DNA of 63,674 nt, counting the filler, from Hausera hauseri (Eukaryota), in the NCBI GenBank assembly GCA_046269625.1. It is 11 parts of 11 records of this genome, joined end to end, with 100 filler letters (N's around TTAATTAATTAA, not from the genome) between each part and the next. Parts side by side here need not be neighbours in the genome. Positions count along the whole stretch, not along the records: positions 49,909 to 55,104 come from JBJURY010310276.1; positions 55,205 to 59,275 come from JBJURY010781202.1; positions 59,376 to 63,674 come from JBJURY010649219.1; 8 more parts are not named here. The stretch is one strand, 5' to 3'. Position 1 is the first letter of the stretch. Each line of letters opens with the position of its first letter. The notes under the pieces are model-generated. The model saw only the letters and a program-made list of their open reading frames with translations. It did not search any database and was not told where the DNA came from. A program made the translations under genes and the position numbers. Below, in pieces: positions 49,909-63,581 of the stretch.

Positions 49909-52900
49909 TCCTTTATTCTATCCCATGTATGCGATTGTTTTCGAATGATCGACGAATTCAATCCGACAATTCTCTCCAATTTATGGATAGTCATTGTCAA
50001 ATGCTGCACGGTTTTTCCTGAACAATCGTGGAAATTCGTCAGTTTCAAAACAGTCTTTCTACCGAAATTCATCAAACTACTCGAACATGCTGCCGATGGG
50101 AATATCTCCAAAATTTGTTCGACAATCCTCCCAGTCATTGTCCAAATGCCATTGGATATAGTGAATGTGGAAAACAATGCAATTTACGAACAGATTTTCC
50201 AAGCACTGCATCGGGGAATGTCATGTCATCGTGTACTTACCAATGAGTTTGAGTCGAATTCCATGGTGAAATTGCTATTGGAATGCAGTGTTTTCGGGAT
50301 ATTTAAATCGAAATCAAGTGGCAATATCGAATTGCTGAACAAAGTCTACCAATTGGTCATTGAATTTATGGAAAATTATTTGATCGATATTAAATTCAAA
50401 AAAGCGTCTCGAGCAATTATCGAATTTTCTAATTGTGTTTTGAAGCCGATCATTTCGAAAAACATTTTCCCAGAATCAACAATCGAAGATGTAATCATTC
50501 AATGGGTCAATAAACACTGCCGGAATTTGTATTTCTGTGAGAATTTTGTTAGTTTACTTACCGCGCTGGAATGTACTCTGTATGCCAGTAATCTCCAATC
50601 GTTCCACCAGTCGTTATTAAAACAATTGCACGGTGTTCTCATTGACAAAATACTGAACGACGATCAGTCCCAATGTTTGATTCTGTATTTTTCCGTTTAC
50701 AATTCGTCAAATTTCCAAGTTGTCGACAACTGTACCCATCTGGATCTCGACATTCTCCATCGGTGCGGTAATGTTATCGATAAATTCAACTCGACGACGA
50801 CAACGGTCACCGTTAGCCAGGGAATTGCCAATATCATTAATCGAAAGAGTTGTGATCCATTGACCGATTACAGTCGATTTTTGCTGACACTCACTGATGA
50901 TAAAACGGAATTGTTTTTCCATGTTTTCTATTCGGAAATGTTCAATCATCTGACCGAACGAAACCAACCGGCAGTTATGACGAAATCAATCGATGTATGG
51001 CTGAAGTCGGTGTCACGAGTGTTTACGGATGATGAAAGTGACGTTCTGCCGGTATTGCGGCGGGTCTATGAGCATTGCGGTAGTTTGGCCGGTCACAAAG
51101 ATCATTTCTATCGGTTTGTGGATTTGCTGGACGGACTGGTGTCGAGTGCACTTAACGATACGGTATCCATTCAGAATTTGGAACAGTTCATTGCCGCTAT
51201 CAATTTATCCATCGAACAGTGTCAGCGAATGTTTTCCAATCTGTCGACGATTCCGTATGGATTGATGGACAAATTGATAAGGATGTCGTGTTGTATCGAT
51301 GACAATGTCGATTTGATCGGGTTTGACAAGTACGTGCAATACTGTGCCGATATTGGCGATATCGGCACATTGAACGAACTGGTCAATGGATTGATGCAAT
51401 CGTCATCATGTTGTCATAGTAATCGGTACGATGTGATCAGTCGATTTATCGGAACTATTGTTGACCAACGTCAGTCCGAATGTAACTCGGCGGTAATTCG
51501 TTACGTGGAATATCTGATGCGGTGCGCCATCGGGCAAATAGAAACATCGTTGTCGTCCCACTGCCGATATTGTACAACATACCCGTACAGTCGGCAACAT
51601 GATTTGCTCACCGTTTTGCACCAGCTCAATGCACTGCTGCCTCTCGTTAACGGTCCTGCTGCTCCGTTAGCATGCCTTGAACAAACGTTCAATTGCATTT
51701 GCCTGTTAGTCAGTCCCATCGTTCAGCCGGTATTGACCAACACACCGACTGCCAGCAGGACAATGGAACGCATGGAGTGCATTTATAAATACATCTCACA
51801 ACATCTCAAGGACACAATACCGCAGTTCATCGACGAGATCATCCAGTCAGTCCAATCGGAATCCAACTCAATCAGTACGTTCAGTCAATGGCCGACTCTC
51901 GTAACACAAGCATTACAGTCGTACATTCCGACGAATTACTCGCTCTGGTCTCCTTTACTCACCAACGCCATGGACTTCACCGTCAATTGCTGGACTGACA
52001 TGGACATTTCCAATCGTCAATTTAATTTCATCGTCGACACTCTCATTCCTGCATCTATCCGCGCCCGTTATCTTGTCCAGGAAGTCGTCATTTCAACAAT
52101 AGCATCTTATCTCAGTAGCGATTGTCAGCCAACAATCAGCAATGTCAATAGGGCTCTCAGAGTTGCTCTGTCTCTCTGCCGGACTGACGTATCATTTTTC
52201 CCTGTCTGCTATCCCCTTCTGATAGACGTCAAATATATGTTCGAGTCCTATATTGACTCATTGCGGCCAGTTTCCACCGACTTTTCAATACTGTCCGACA
52301 CTGAATTCGACTTGGCATCGTTGCTGGAGCTGCTGCAAATTGGAGTCGATTCGTCAGTTGAACTGACCACTGACCAATGGGAATTTATTCTCTGCCTTAT
52401 TGCAGCACTGGTCAGAGGCGAGAAGTTCGCCAATTGTATGAATTATCTGAAATCAGCGATCGAGAACGGTTTAGACCATTTACTCAATGGTTACTGGCTA
52501 TTGCGACTCATTTGCAGCATCACGGTGACATTGGCATCCGTTACCATCGTTTCTGTAATCGATGAATGGGATAACTTCTTCAGTGACTCTGTTTTTACAC
52601 CGATTCTCGATCAGTTTACCGTCGTGTCAGGTAATCAGGAGGCCGGCAAATTGGTCTATTGTGACTTGTTTCAACAGTATCTGGAGGCATTGGCTGAGTG
52701 TGTATCCGTCTGTCCAATCAACATTCTCGTCAATTACGAATTTTCTGGACAAGTCTACATTGACGATCCATTGAACATACCTCGACCATTGTTGGCCACA
52801 ATTAATCACCTTCTGCAGTCAATGACCAGCCATTCCCAATCGGTTCAATTAGCCGCCCACAACTGTCTCATCAACCTCACCGATCGACTAGCAGACGCAC

Positions 52901-54018
52901 TCGCCGATGTCGTCAATAAAGCGGAAACAACCGATTCGTTAGACTCGCCCACGTCGATTATTTCCCTGCCACACATTCTGCTGGAGTATTTGAACGTCAA
53001 CGAATTCACGGACATGGTCAATATGGACAATCCAGACAATCAGCGACTTGTCGTTCGTTCATTTCTATCGGCCAATGTTGTACTTCAATTGGTATCACAA
53101 TCAGTGCAAAAAGTACGAGCCGAACTCGCAATTCATCTCGCTCGTGGAAATCACAATTTCAATGAATTCCTCTCATTCTGTTTCGGACTGATGCCGAAAA
53201 ACCCAGTGATAACCAAACAGCAATTATCCATTTTGCCGTCGTCAACGGCAACGGCAACGGCAACGGACAACAGAACAACGTTCAATTTAATATCAGAGGA
53301 GCCAGTCGTATTGACGAGATGCACTGATTACCGTAGCAATTTCATAACGTATCATCTGGCATCATACATCTTCCGTCGGTCCATACAGGTCCTACCCAGT
53401 TTCTGTCGACATTGGTCCATGTCTGTGCAGAAAAATTCCCAGGAATTGGTCGACAGTTACGTTCGCCAATTTCTCACACCGTATTTACTGAAATTGGAAT
53501 TCGATCAATTGAAACAGATGGTCATTGCCGATAAGGACGACAAATTGCAGATCGACGGCAAACCGGTCATTGGGGAACTGACGATCAAATACAACGTAAC
53601 CGATGACCAAACTGTAGAGTTGGTTATCAGACTTCCAGCAAACTATCCGATCGGGACTGTCGATGTTCATTTCTCGTCGAAATTCTACACACGTGACACT
53701 CGCTGGAAATCGTGGATCATCCAGATGACGTCGATGATGCAGAATCAGAACGGATCGTTGTTGGATGGAGCCAAACTGTTGAAGAAAAATCTCGATTCGT
53801 ATTTCAGCGGTGTCGACGAATGTATGATCTGTTATGCAGTTCTCCACGGATCCAAATATACATTGCCATCGATGAAGTGCCGACAATGCAAGAAGAAATT
53901 CCACAAAGAGTGCATGTACAAATGGTTTCAGAATAGTCCTAATGCCACTTGTCCGAATTGCCGAAATACGTTTTTTGACGGCACTTACAAACGGACTGGT
54001 GTTGATGATCTGTACTGA
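49909..54018 (+). CDS. LTN1: E3 ubiquitin ligase listerin, 5'-truncated
   Basis: Long helical region, RWD-like ELVIRLPANYP, QNGSLLDG, and C-terminal RING ECMICYAVLH..CRQCKKKFH..CMYKWF..CPNCR. Confidence 0.92.
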   Translation, partial: SFILSHVCDCFRMIDEFNPTILSNLWIVIVKCCTVFPEQSWKFVSFKTVFLPKFIKLLEHAADGNISKICSTILPVIVQMPLDIVNVENNAIYEQIFQALHRGMSCHRVLTNEFESNSMVKLLLECSVFGIFKSKSSGNIELLNKVYQLVIEFMENYLIDIKFKKASRAIIEFSNCVLKPIISKNIFPESTIEDVIIQWVNKHCRNLYFCENFVSLLTALECTLYASNLQSFHQSLLKQLHGVLIDKILNDDQSQCLILYFSVYNSSNFQVVDNCTHLDLDILHRCGNVIDKFNSTTTTVTVSQGIANIINRKSCDPLTDYSRFLLTLTDDKTELFFHVFYSEMFNHLTERNQPAVMTKSIDVWLKSVSRVFTDDESDVLPVLRRVYEHCGSLAGHKDHFYRFVDLLDGLVSSALNDTVSIQNLEQFIAAINLSIEQCQRMFSNLSTIPYGLMDKLIRMSCCIDDNVDLIGFDKYVQYCADIGDIGTLNELVNGLMQSSSCCHSNRYDVISRFIGTIVDQRQSECNSAVIRYVEYLMRCAIGQIETSLSSHCRYCTTYPYSRQHDLLTVLHQLNALLPLVNGPAAPLACLEQTFNCICLLVSPIVQPVLTNTPTASRTMERMECIYKYISQHLKDTIPQFIDEIIQSVQSESNSISTFSQWPTLVTQALQSYIPTNYSLWSPLLTNAMDFTVNCWTDMDISNRQFNFIVDTLIPASIRARYLVQEVVISTIASYLSSDCQPTISNVNRALRVALSLCRTDVSFFPVCYPLLIDVKYMFESYIDSLRPVSTDFSILSDTEFDLASLLELLQIGVDSSVELTTDQWEFILCLIAALVRGEKFANCMNYLKSAIENGLDHLLNGYWLLRLICSITVTLASVTIVSVIDEWDNFFSDSVFTPILDQFTVVSGNQEAGKLVYCDLFQQYLEALAECVSVCPINILVNYEFSGQVYIDDPLNIPRPLLATINHLLQSMTSHSQSVQLAAHNCLINLTDRLADALADVVNKAETTDSLDSPTSIISLPHILLEYLNVNEFTDMVNMDNPDNQRLVVRSFLSANVVLQLVSQSVQKVRAELAIHLARGNHNFNEFLSFCFGLMPKNPVITKQQLSILPSSTATATATDNRTTFNLISEEPVVLTRCTDYRSNFITYHLASYIFRRSIQVLPSFCRHWSMSVQKNSQELVDSYVRQFLTPYLLKLEFDQLKQMVIADKDDKLQIDGKPVIGELTIKYNVTDDQTVELVIRLPANYPIGTVDVHFSSKFYTRDTRWKSWIIQMTSMMQNQNGSLLDGAKLLKKNLDSYFSGVDECMICYAVLHGSKYTLPSMKCRQCKKKFHKECMYKWFQNSPNATCPNCRNTFFDGTYKRTGVDDLY

Positions 54019-55228
54019 TCTGAAAATGACATTTCGGTGCTTTTTAGTGAGATAAAAAACTATCGAGATAGACCTGCCAATGATATGAAAACACGTAACA
54101 AAAAATGAATCAGTTTATTCTTGTAATAAAAATTAGTACACATAAAGTAACGCAATTCCCATTTATTCAGTCCCCCTCACTAGGTTTAGGATACAGCAAC
54201 CGATAATTATTAACATGGGACATCATAATTTTCTCTCTAATATTTCGTTGATCTTTAATAAGACTTTTTAAATTGAAACTCCTGGGATTTCATCAAAATT
54301 GCAAGGCTATAAATCGTCTGACATTTGTGGGTCCATGTGGGACCCATGCTTGTTTCAATAAATCATATAACAATCTATTCATTTACTTGCACCGTTGTCG
54401 CCCTGAACTAATTCGATGTTACCGTTCTGCCCAAATCTTTATTTAGATGAATCCCAATAAACTTCTGGCAACCTCCGAATATTTTTTATGTCAGTGAATC
54501 GCGATAGTTTCCGACAGAATTTTGAACATTTATGAATACCTTTGGCGATAGTGAAGGTTTCTAAGCGCAGGATAGTACTAGATCTCCTAGGGCAATCTGG
54601 AGTTGTAAAGTGTTCAAGTATTGTAGAATTTTTCGTGAACAAGCCGCTCAAACTTTTTTAAATGGACGGAAAGCCGTTCCTAACGGCTTCAAATATTTAT
54701 TGTCACTGTCTATTTTAACTATGAAGTTAGAAGGAAATTTGGCGGTGCATGCACTTTTTTTTCGAATTTTACCAAAAATAAGTCCGTCCAAACCTAATAT
54801 TTAATTCCACAGTGAAAGAGTTAATAANNNNNNNNNNTTAGGCCTTTATATATGCGATATATTAAGTTTGATAATCCGAATCGGTCCACGTTCAAATTAT
54901 CTAATCCAAACGATTATAACAAACACGAGAGTAAGGTCAGAAAAACTTTATTTATCAAACACAATATCGATTAGTTACTAGTGACGACCTGTGTGTCTGT
55001 AGTGATCTGAAGTTAACTCACTTTAACCTCGCGAGGTTTGTATTAATTCAAGTTTGAAAAATTAAAACAAGTCATGTTTAACTCACGTGTGAATATTGAA
55101 GTTTNNNNNNNNNNNNNNNNNNNNNNNNNNNNNNNNNNNNNNNNNNNNTTAATTAATTAANNNNNNNNNNNNNNNNNNNNNNNNNNNNNNNNNNNNNNNN
55201 NNNNCATCATCATCATCCATGTAAATGG

Positions 55229-55350
55229 GTTCGTTCGTTCGTTCGTTCTTTCCTTTGTTCGTTCGTTCGTTTATTCGTTCGTTCGTTCATTCGTTCGTTC
55301 GTTCGTTCGTTCTTCCGTTCGTTCGTTCGTTCGTTTGTTCGTTCGTTCGT
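55229..55350. repeat. (TTCG)n microsatellite
   Basis: Direct inspection. Confidence 0.95.
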
Positions 55351-56084
55351 TTTGTAAGAAGTTGTGTGAATTTTATTTGGCACGACGAACTCATAATTGA
55401 GTACTACTACTCACAAGGAGAATGATTGTGACATATCATTATTTCTCATGATTTGTTCGTTCAGCGATGAAGTGTGTGTGTTGACAATGAAGAAATGAAA
55501 CATAATGTGACACAGATTGCTAACCCATGCACACACGAACACTTAAGTTAATCGACGAATCGATTGGTCAGACAATGATAAGATGTATGGCAGACAGATT
55601 AATGAGATTAAAAGTAATTGTAATTCGATCAATGGCCAGAAACTATGTAAGTTTATATTTATTGCATATTAATTATTATTAATTCTTTTATCAATTCTTA
55701 TTTGCATTTGTTTTATTATTAATTATTATTTGCATTTGTTTTATTATTATTTACATTTATATATTTCTGAAACCCTGTTTGTCGTGTCAATCATGTATAC
55801 ACGAGTTAAGTAAAACCAAGCATAAAATCAATACACTGGCGTACATAGTGTACATAAAGTAATCCAGAAAATCTCTATAAATAGGCACTAACGATCGGCA
55901 ATTGTATTTAAATATTCTGTTCCATCAGAACAAGCGACCCTCTCTCCATGTGTATGTGGTATAGAATAATTGATTATTAACAGCTTTTATGTAACTATAC
56001 TCATGATCACCTTTGTTTTATTATTAAATAAATTGGACAGATGACTACATCATTACTGGTAAAGTGTTGGTATTGTTTGGCTTA

Positions 56085-56166
56085 CCACCACCACCACCAC
56101 CACCACAACCACCACCACCACCACTACCACCACCACCACAACCACCACCACCACCACCACCACCAT
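56085..56166. repeat. (CCA)n microsatellite
   Basis: Direct inspection. Confidence 0.95.
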
Positions 56167-56169
56167 CAA

Positions 56170-58904
56170 TTCCGGCTTTTGAACGACGTAATCCGACACT
56201 GACAATCAACGTGTTCCGGTACAACACAGTCGTAGAAATACCGGCGGATGAAGAAATTTACAAAAACCTTCATGTAGATATACTCTATCGAAGTCGGAAC
56301 CCAAATGGTCACTCAGTAGTAAATTTGTTGCTACTGGAGCAAGCAGATAAATTTCACTACGTGGCAGTAACGAACTTGGACAGACTACTTAACATGGTTC
56401 ACCATCAGTTTGTCCAAAAGCGTATACAATGTAAATGGTATTCTGTATGTCTGCATGGATTCAGGTCGGAAACATCAGGGGAGAAACATGTGACTCTGTG
56501 TAGACAAAATTCATTGGGAACCACAATGTATGTCATACCCGTCAAAAAGGAACACAGGTTCAGAGATTGGTCAAAAACAGACAGTCCAGCATATGTGGTA
56601 TATGCCCATATTGAGGCAATTCTACAACGGCACAACATGTATGATCAAAAACACGTTCCAATCGCCGTTGGTATGTTGATTGTCCGAATAAAAGCGGTCG
56701 ATCAGCTGCAGTATTACCCCTTTTACGACTGAATCTGTGTGCGTGATTTCCTGCAGCGTTTGGAAACGATAGTAGAAAAGGAAATCGAACCGTAGTATCT
56801 CAATAACAGCACAAAACTCCTGATTTGGACAGATGAAGATGAACGCTTGACGTTTGCAGCCACCGATGAATGTCACTTGTGCCACCACAAAATATTACCG
56901 GAACGGCTCGTACCGAATCACGACCATTTTACAGGTCGATACTTGGGAGCAGCATGCAATGCATGCAATTTGGCAAGACGCGTGCGGCCATTCCTGCCGG
57001 TGATATTTCGTAACTTCAGGGGTTATGACTGTTACCATATTCTGAAATGCGCTATAAACGGATTTCCATGCTGGGAGTTATCTATAATCCCAACAACGAT
57101 GAAGAAGTACCTGTCCCTATCTGCACGCATAAACCGGTTTCAGGTACGGTTTCTTGACTCATTGCAGTTCCTCAATAAGTCTCTAGCAAAGCTCGTAAAT
57201 GCCTTGTCCGATGTGCCGCTAACACTGACGCAGTTCCCCACACATATTGGACGTAGCAAAGGCATATTCCCGTATGACTTTGCCGTGTCATATGAGTGAC
57301 TCCGGACAACAGAGGAATTACTGTCCCGATGGACAGTTATCACAGAAGATGAATATCAGAGAAAACACAAATCTTTGATAGAGCTTGATTGTAGAAACAT
57401 GTTGGACTACATGCTTCAGTATCTAAAGCTCGACGTGTACCTATTAGCCTATGTGTTTCAGACATTTCGGGCTAAAGCGTTGGAGGAAGATAGGTTGGAA
57501 CCGCCCAACTTTTGCTCAATACAGGGAATGAATTGGGCATCGGCACTAATGTCACTGGATCGGGACATTGAGCTGCTACAAGACCCGGAAATGTACCGAC
57601 TTTTTGACGTTGGCATTTGTGGCGGCATGACATTTGTCAACAAGCATCACGTAACCAGTGATGACGATAATACAACGTCAATGTTGCACATTTATATTAA
57701 TAAACTGTACGGCTGGGCGCTTTAGCAACCCTTGCCGTAAGGTTCATTTGAATGAATAATGGGCAAACAAGAACTGGATACATTGCTGGACAGTCTGCCA
57801 GCAGCAAACATGACAAAGAGCAGCTCAGTCGGCTACATAATGGAAGTTGATCTCATGGTACCGGATAAGCTGCATGACTTTCTGGATGAATTGCCGGCGG
57901 CTCAAAAGTAAAGAAACTGCTCATGATACATGAACCCAAATCGAATTACGTGGTTCATTGGCGTCTGCTACAGTTTTACATGCAGCTCGGTGTACGCGTC
58001 ACAGCTGCATCGTGCAATCCGCTTCAATCAGGCGCCGATATTCAAGGTGTACATTGATGGAAATTGCGGGAAACGAGCTGCAACTTGTACAAAATTCGCA
58101 AAGGACTATTACAAGCTCAAAAACAATTCACTGTACGGGAAAACAGTGGAAAATCTGAATGTGTGCCTGTGCAGCAACGAAAAACGACTGGTTACGTACA
58201 CCAACAAAGCTCAGTTCAGGCGGTCAATGCACATTGCTGATGGCTTGGTCGCAGTGCTTCCAAACCGGGAAGAAATCGTACTGGACCGGTCAAGCTACAT
58301 CGGACAAATGGTATTAGACCTGAGCAACTTGCGAATGTACAAGCTCCAATATCGCGCCTTGACACGTTACCGGCAAATGTTCGGCGGCGGCGGTGGCTGT
58401 GAGATCTATATCGTTGCCGGTGACACAGACAGCTTCTTCCTTGAGCTGAAAAACATCATACGAAACCAGCTGCTCCGACAAATGATGTCAGATGAACTAC
58501 TAGACACGTCAAGCTACCCACCGGACCATCCACTGTACAGCAACGCGATAACAAACAAAAGCGGCTGCTTCAAGGACGAAAATGAAGGCCGGGTTCAATA
58601 CAGCGAATGGATATTTTTGCGCCCAAAGCGTTACAGTCTTCTGACAAACTGTGGGCTGAAAATGCGGACAAAAGGCATCCAGCTGAAACAGACGGAAATA
58701 AATCACGGTGATTATCGCCATGTCTATGATGGACAAAAAGACGGAGAAGACGGAGCAAAGGCTGTTGTGTCTCAAACGACTATACGATCGATTGAGCACC
58801 AGCTGTATACCATCACAAATAAAAAGTTGCTTTGTCATGCAAAGATAACAAGCGAAAGTGGGTGGGGCGAAATAAGCGTTGGGCGTACGGACATTGGCGT
58901 TTGA
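56170..58904 (+). pseudogene. Second Polinton/adintovirus-type protein-primed PolB relic
   Basis: CHLC..HDHFTGRYLGAACNACN, FLDSLQFL, KGIFPYD, GICGG, NKLYGWAL, KLKNNSLYGKT and GDTDS. Has stops and frameshifts. Confidence 0.88.
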
Positions 58905-59375
58905 GATAGCACACGGTCAGTAGCAAAACAGTTCAGTCAGTACAAAGATGCAATTTAGGCCAGTCAGATCATTGTGACATTTGTGATCTTTGTTTGTTTT
59001 ACATTCATCTGCTGTACATGAGATCAATAACGTATTTGTACACTAGTTTTGGTCTTCCGTTTTATAACAAGGAAATGGGGCTTAAGTTGGGCTATCGAAA
59101 AAAAATCTCATTACTCAAAATCTTAAATACTTTTTACAACACAACACAACACAAAAACTCAAATAAATTTTATTACAAATCATAAACTAAAAACACCAAA
59201 AACTAAAGTCAATTCATTAGGGTAAACTTCCCCAACTTCCACATTGGCGATTTAATACCACACAGTTCCTTATATNNNNNNNNNNNNNNNNNNNNNNNNN
59301 NNNNNNNNNNNNNNNNNNNTTAATTAATTAANNNNNNNNNNNNNNNNNNNNNNNNNNNNNNNNNNNNNNNNNNNN

Positions 59376-62300
59376 TTTTAGTTTCTATTTTGGAAATGTT
59401 TAGTAAATAAAAATGTGCTTTCGAGGGCTTGACCAGTGTTTCCCGGCTCTCCTATAATTCCTTGAAGTCCTTGGGGACCTTTAGAACCTTTCGGTCCCCG
59501 TTTGCCAACAGGACCTTGTGGTCCTTTTACACCCTTTTGACCTGTTGGTCCAGGCTCCTGACCAGTTGGGCCTGGTAAACCTTGATCACCCTTAACACCC
59601 TTTGGTCCTCTCATTGCGGGTTCACCGATATTTCCTTTAGGACCTGTTTTGCCTATGTCTCCTGGTTCACCTACGTCACCTTTATCTCCCTTTTTATCTG
59701 CACCTTGTTCTCCCTTAAAGCCTTTTTCGCCTGTAATACCTGTTTTACCTGTCTGTCCCTTTTCACCAAGTGTACCCTTATCACCTTGTTCACCTTTGTT
59801 CCCTTTTATGCCTTTTGGACCTATGAAACCAGTGTCTCCTTTAGCTCCTTTATTTCCTTTGTATCCTTTCATGCCAACATCACCATTGATTCCTTTACTT
59901 CCCTGTTGTCCTGTTGGTCCTTTTTCACCTTTATCTCCAACTGTTCCTTGCTCGCCTTTAGGTCCTTGCATTCCTGATTCCCCATCGTCTCCAGCTTCTC
60001 CCTTAACACCACGTTGTCCTGAATTACTAATAAAAACGAAAAATAAAGCATACAATTACCCTTTGGCCCTCTTTGACCTTTTCTTCCAACATCACCATCA
60101 GGACCAACTATTCCCATACCTGGACTTCCTTTGACTCCTTTTCTTCCCAGTTTGCCAGGAATTCCTGATCAAAGGTTAACAAATTTAATTTAAGATGATA
60201 AAACCTTGTAAGCCTTTCTCTCCTTTCTGTCCCCGCTCGCCAATTTCTCCGATGGTACCTCTTTCACCGGACCTTCCTTGAAGGCAATCACCTGGCATTC
60301 CCTTGCTACCCTGCTCTCCGAGATTACCTGCTGCACCTTGATCGCCAGTGTCGCCTATGGGTCCAATTTCACCCTTCATTCCTTTTTCTCCCTGTGGACC
60401 TGAAGAAAGAAATGTATATTTTCAAGAAATTTGGTAATTCACCTTGATTTCCTTGATTTCCTGTATCCCCTTTCCTTCCTTGAACACCTTTCTGGCCTTG
60501 ATCTCCCTTTTCACCTTGTTCTCCAGTTTTCCCCTGGGGTCCAGGGTATCCTAAGTGAATTGATCAGAATTATCATTTATATACTATATACCTTTAACTC
60601 CCTTGTCTCCATTTTCTCCCACTGGACCTGAATCACCAGGAAGTCCATTTTCACCAATAGACCCGGGTTCTCCTTTAACAGTCGGCCCAGGCATACCTTT
60701 GTCTCCTTTAATTCCTGCTGTTCCTTTCAATCCTTCGGGTCCAATTTTGCCTCTCTCGCCCTTACTACCGGATATTCCCTGTTTTCCAGGTCGACCAGTT
60801 TCACCCTTGCTACCTTGATCTCCTTTATCGCCCTATAATTTTAAATTAAATGAATAAATGACAAATTATTAATAACCTTTATTCCTTTTTCGCCATCCAA
60901 GCCTTTTGGACCTTGAAAACCGGTATTTCCCTTATCACCATTGAAACCTTTATCACCCTTTTCACCGATATCTCCTTTATCTCCTGAAAATCCTTTCTGT
61001 CCAATACCAGCATCTCCTTTATCTCCCTTTTGTCCTCTCTCACCGGGTTTTCCAACTTCTCCTTTGTTTCCAATAGGACCTTCAGGTCCAGTGTTTCCTT
61101 TCTGTCCTCTTGGACCTGTAGTGCTTTCGCCTTTGTCTCCTTGAACTCCTTTTAAACCTTGTTCCCCTTTGACGCCAATGGATCCTTATTTTAGTTAAAA
61201 ATATTTATAATACAATTAGTATACCTCGTTCTCCAGTGCTTCCGGGTAAACCTTGAGGACCTCGTTCGCCTTGAGGACCAGGTAATCCTTTATCACCTTG
61301 TTTTCCTATATCTCCACTTTCACCCTTATCACCTTTGTCGCCTTGTAATCCAGTATTTCCTCTTTCACCTTATTTTGTAATTAAAGCAATGTAATCAAAT
61401 ATTTTACCTTGTGATCCACTTCTGCCACTAATACCCGTTTCCCCTTTATCACCTTGTTGACCTTTAGGACCTTTATCTCCTTTATCTCCTTTTGGTCCAA
61501 TATCTCCCTTTTCACCAAATTCACCCCGTCCTGTACATTCTCCTTTATCCCCTTTTCTCCCAGATGGTCCTTGTGGGCCTATATGTCAGCATAAAATTAC
61601 GTTTGAAACAATATCCTTTACCAGTCAGTCCTGGTTCACCTTTATCTCCTTTGACACCCTTCACCGTTTGGTTCCCAACAGGACCAACCTTTCCTTTATT
61701 ACCCTTCTGCCCAGGAACACCTTTTGGTCCAATATCACCAATATTCCCTTGATTTCCTAAATTTTGTGTGAAATAAATAATAACCTTAATTTATTTACCT
61801 GGTGCGCCCATATTACCAATATCACCAATTTCTCCAGGTGCGCCCTGATTACCTGCATCGCCTGGTGTGCCTTTGTCGCCTGATAAACCAGGAATTCCGT
61901 CACCTGATGGACCTTGTTCTCCAATATCGCCTTTTACTCCTTTAGCTCCCATCTCACCCATTTCACCCGTTTCTCCTTTTCGTCCTCTGTCACCTTTTTC
62001 TCCATCTTCACCCATTTGACCTCTTTTACCAGGGCTTCCCGGTAAACCTAAATATCATATTTCATCTTTAATAATTATCATAAATATATACCGTTGTATC
62101 CTTTATCTCCTTTATCTCCTTTCTCTCCTGTTATGCCTGAAGATCCCTTTCTTCCAGGAAGGCCATTTTCACCAGGAAAACCTTTGTCACCTTTATTTCC
62201 AATTTTTCCAGAAGGGCCTTGTATCCCGGGAGTTCCAGGTTCACCTTTGTCTCCCAAATCTAAAGATTTCTTATTTAAATTATCGAAGAAAATCGCGCAC

Positions 62301-63581
62301 CTGTGGCATTCTGATTTCTGACAAACTCTATAGTGCAGTTGCCGGGTTCACCCTTTTCTCCAAGTTCTCCAGTACTTCCCTTTTCGCCTGTATCACCTTG
62401 ATAGCCCTTTGCACCTTGAACTGGTTTGGCATCTAACCCTTTTTGACCGTTTTCACCAATATCGCCCTTTGATCCTTTCATTCCAACGTCACCTTTATCT
62501 CCTTTAGCTCCCTTCAGAAATTGAGATTTGAAAATCTTATATGAGTCTTACTTTTAATCCATTATCTCCTGAATGTCCTGGCCTGCCATTACTACCCGGA
62601 GCACCTTTCATACCTTTAAGACCTTCAGCACCATCAGGACCTTTATCTCCTTTTACTCCTTTGGTAGATTGAAGGAAAACGTCCCTTGATTCACCCTTTT
62701 CACCTTTTAGTCCCTTTTCTCCTGCCGATCCTCTGTCACCAGGTTCACCCTATTTGAATATTACTAAATGAAAATAAACAATACACTTACATAAGATCCA
62801 TCACGGCCAACAGCTCCATCATTACCTGGTCGCCCTCTATCACCTCTTGGACCTGGATTACCATCACGACCAGGAAAGCCATCTCTTCCCTTTTCTCCTG
62901 GTTCACCTTTAATTCCCTTGGATCCAGCTTCTCCTTTCTTGCATAATTTGCATGCGGTACCTTGTTCTCCTTTCATACCCTTTGGGCCTTCTTTTCCTTG
63001 TTTTCCATCAAGTCCTGAAATACCCTTTTCGCCCTTCGGACCTTTTGCTCCGACGAGCCCTGCACTTGGTCTTCCCGGTGCACCTCGTTCACCTTTGACA
63101 CCCTTAGCTCCATTCTTACCTTTATAACAAAGTAATGCATCACATTACAAAGTAAAATACCTTTTTCTCCCTTTGGACCTTCGTCTCCTTTGTCACCTTT
63201 GAGACCTTTTACCGTTTTACCTTCACTACCCAAGTCTCCCTCATCTCCGTCATCGCCCTTAAACCCTATGTCACCTCTAGCGCCATCACTTCCAGGTTCA
63301 CCTAAAAGTTAAATAAAGTTATTAAAAATTTTATAATTATGGTGTTTAAATTTATATATCAACTTGAATACCTGTTGCCCCTTTAAATCCTTTTTCTCCT
63401 TTTTCACCAGTTGCGCAAATGGCACCCATATCTCCAACGGGACCGGGTGGACCACGATTGCCTTTGTAACCTTTTTCACCCTGTTCACCTTGGTATCCAG
63501 GCAGTCCTTGCTCACCACTGTCTCCTTTATCACCAAAAGGACCTTGAGGACCTTGGATGTTTCCTACACATTGCCCACTTC
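59376..63581 (-). CDS. Collagen, probably a type IV alpha chain; multi-exon and partial
   Basis: Interrupted Gly-X-Y repeats with Cys-containing interruptions (CKLC). Ends FLFTKHFQ, resembling the start of the NC1 domain. About 14-15 short AT-rich GT-AG introns. Confidence 0.85.

Noticed and set aside
49909-54018. LTN1 RING as part of a RING gene cluster with the retroelement RINGs
   Set aside because: It is on a separate contig and is a conventional host gene. The adjacency is an artifact of concatenation.
55225-56227. VRSF-repeat, poly-Gly and poly-Pro ORF segments
   Set aside because: They are translations of the (TTCG)n and (CCA)n microsatellites.
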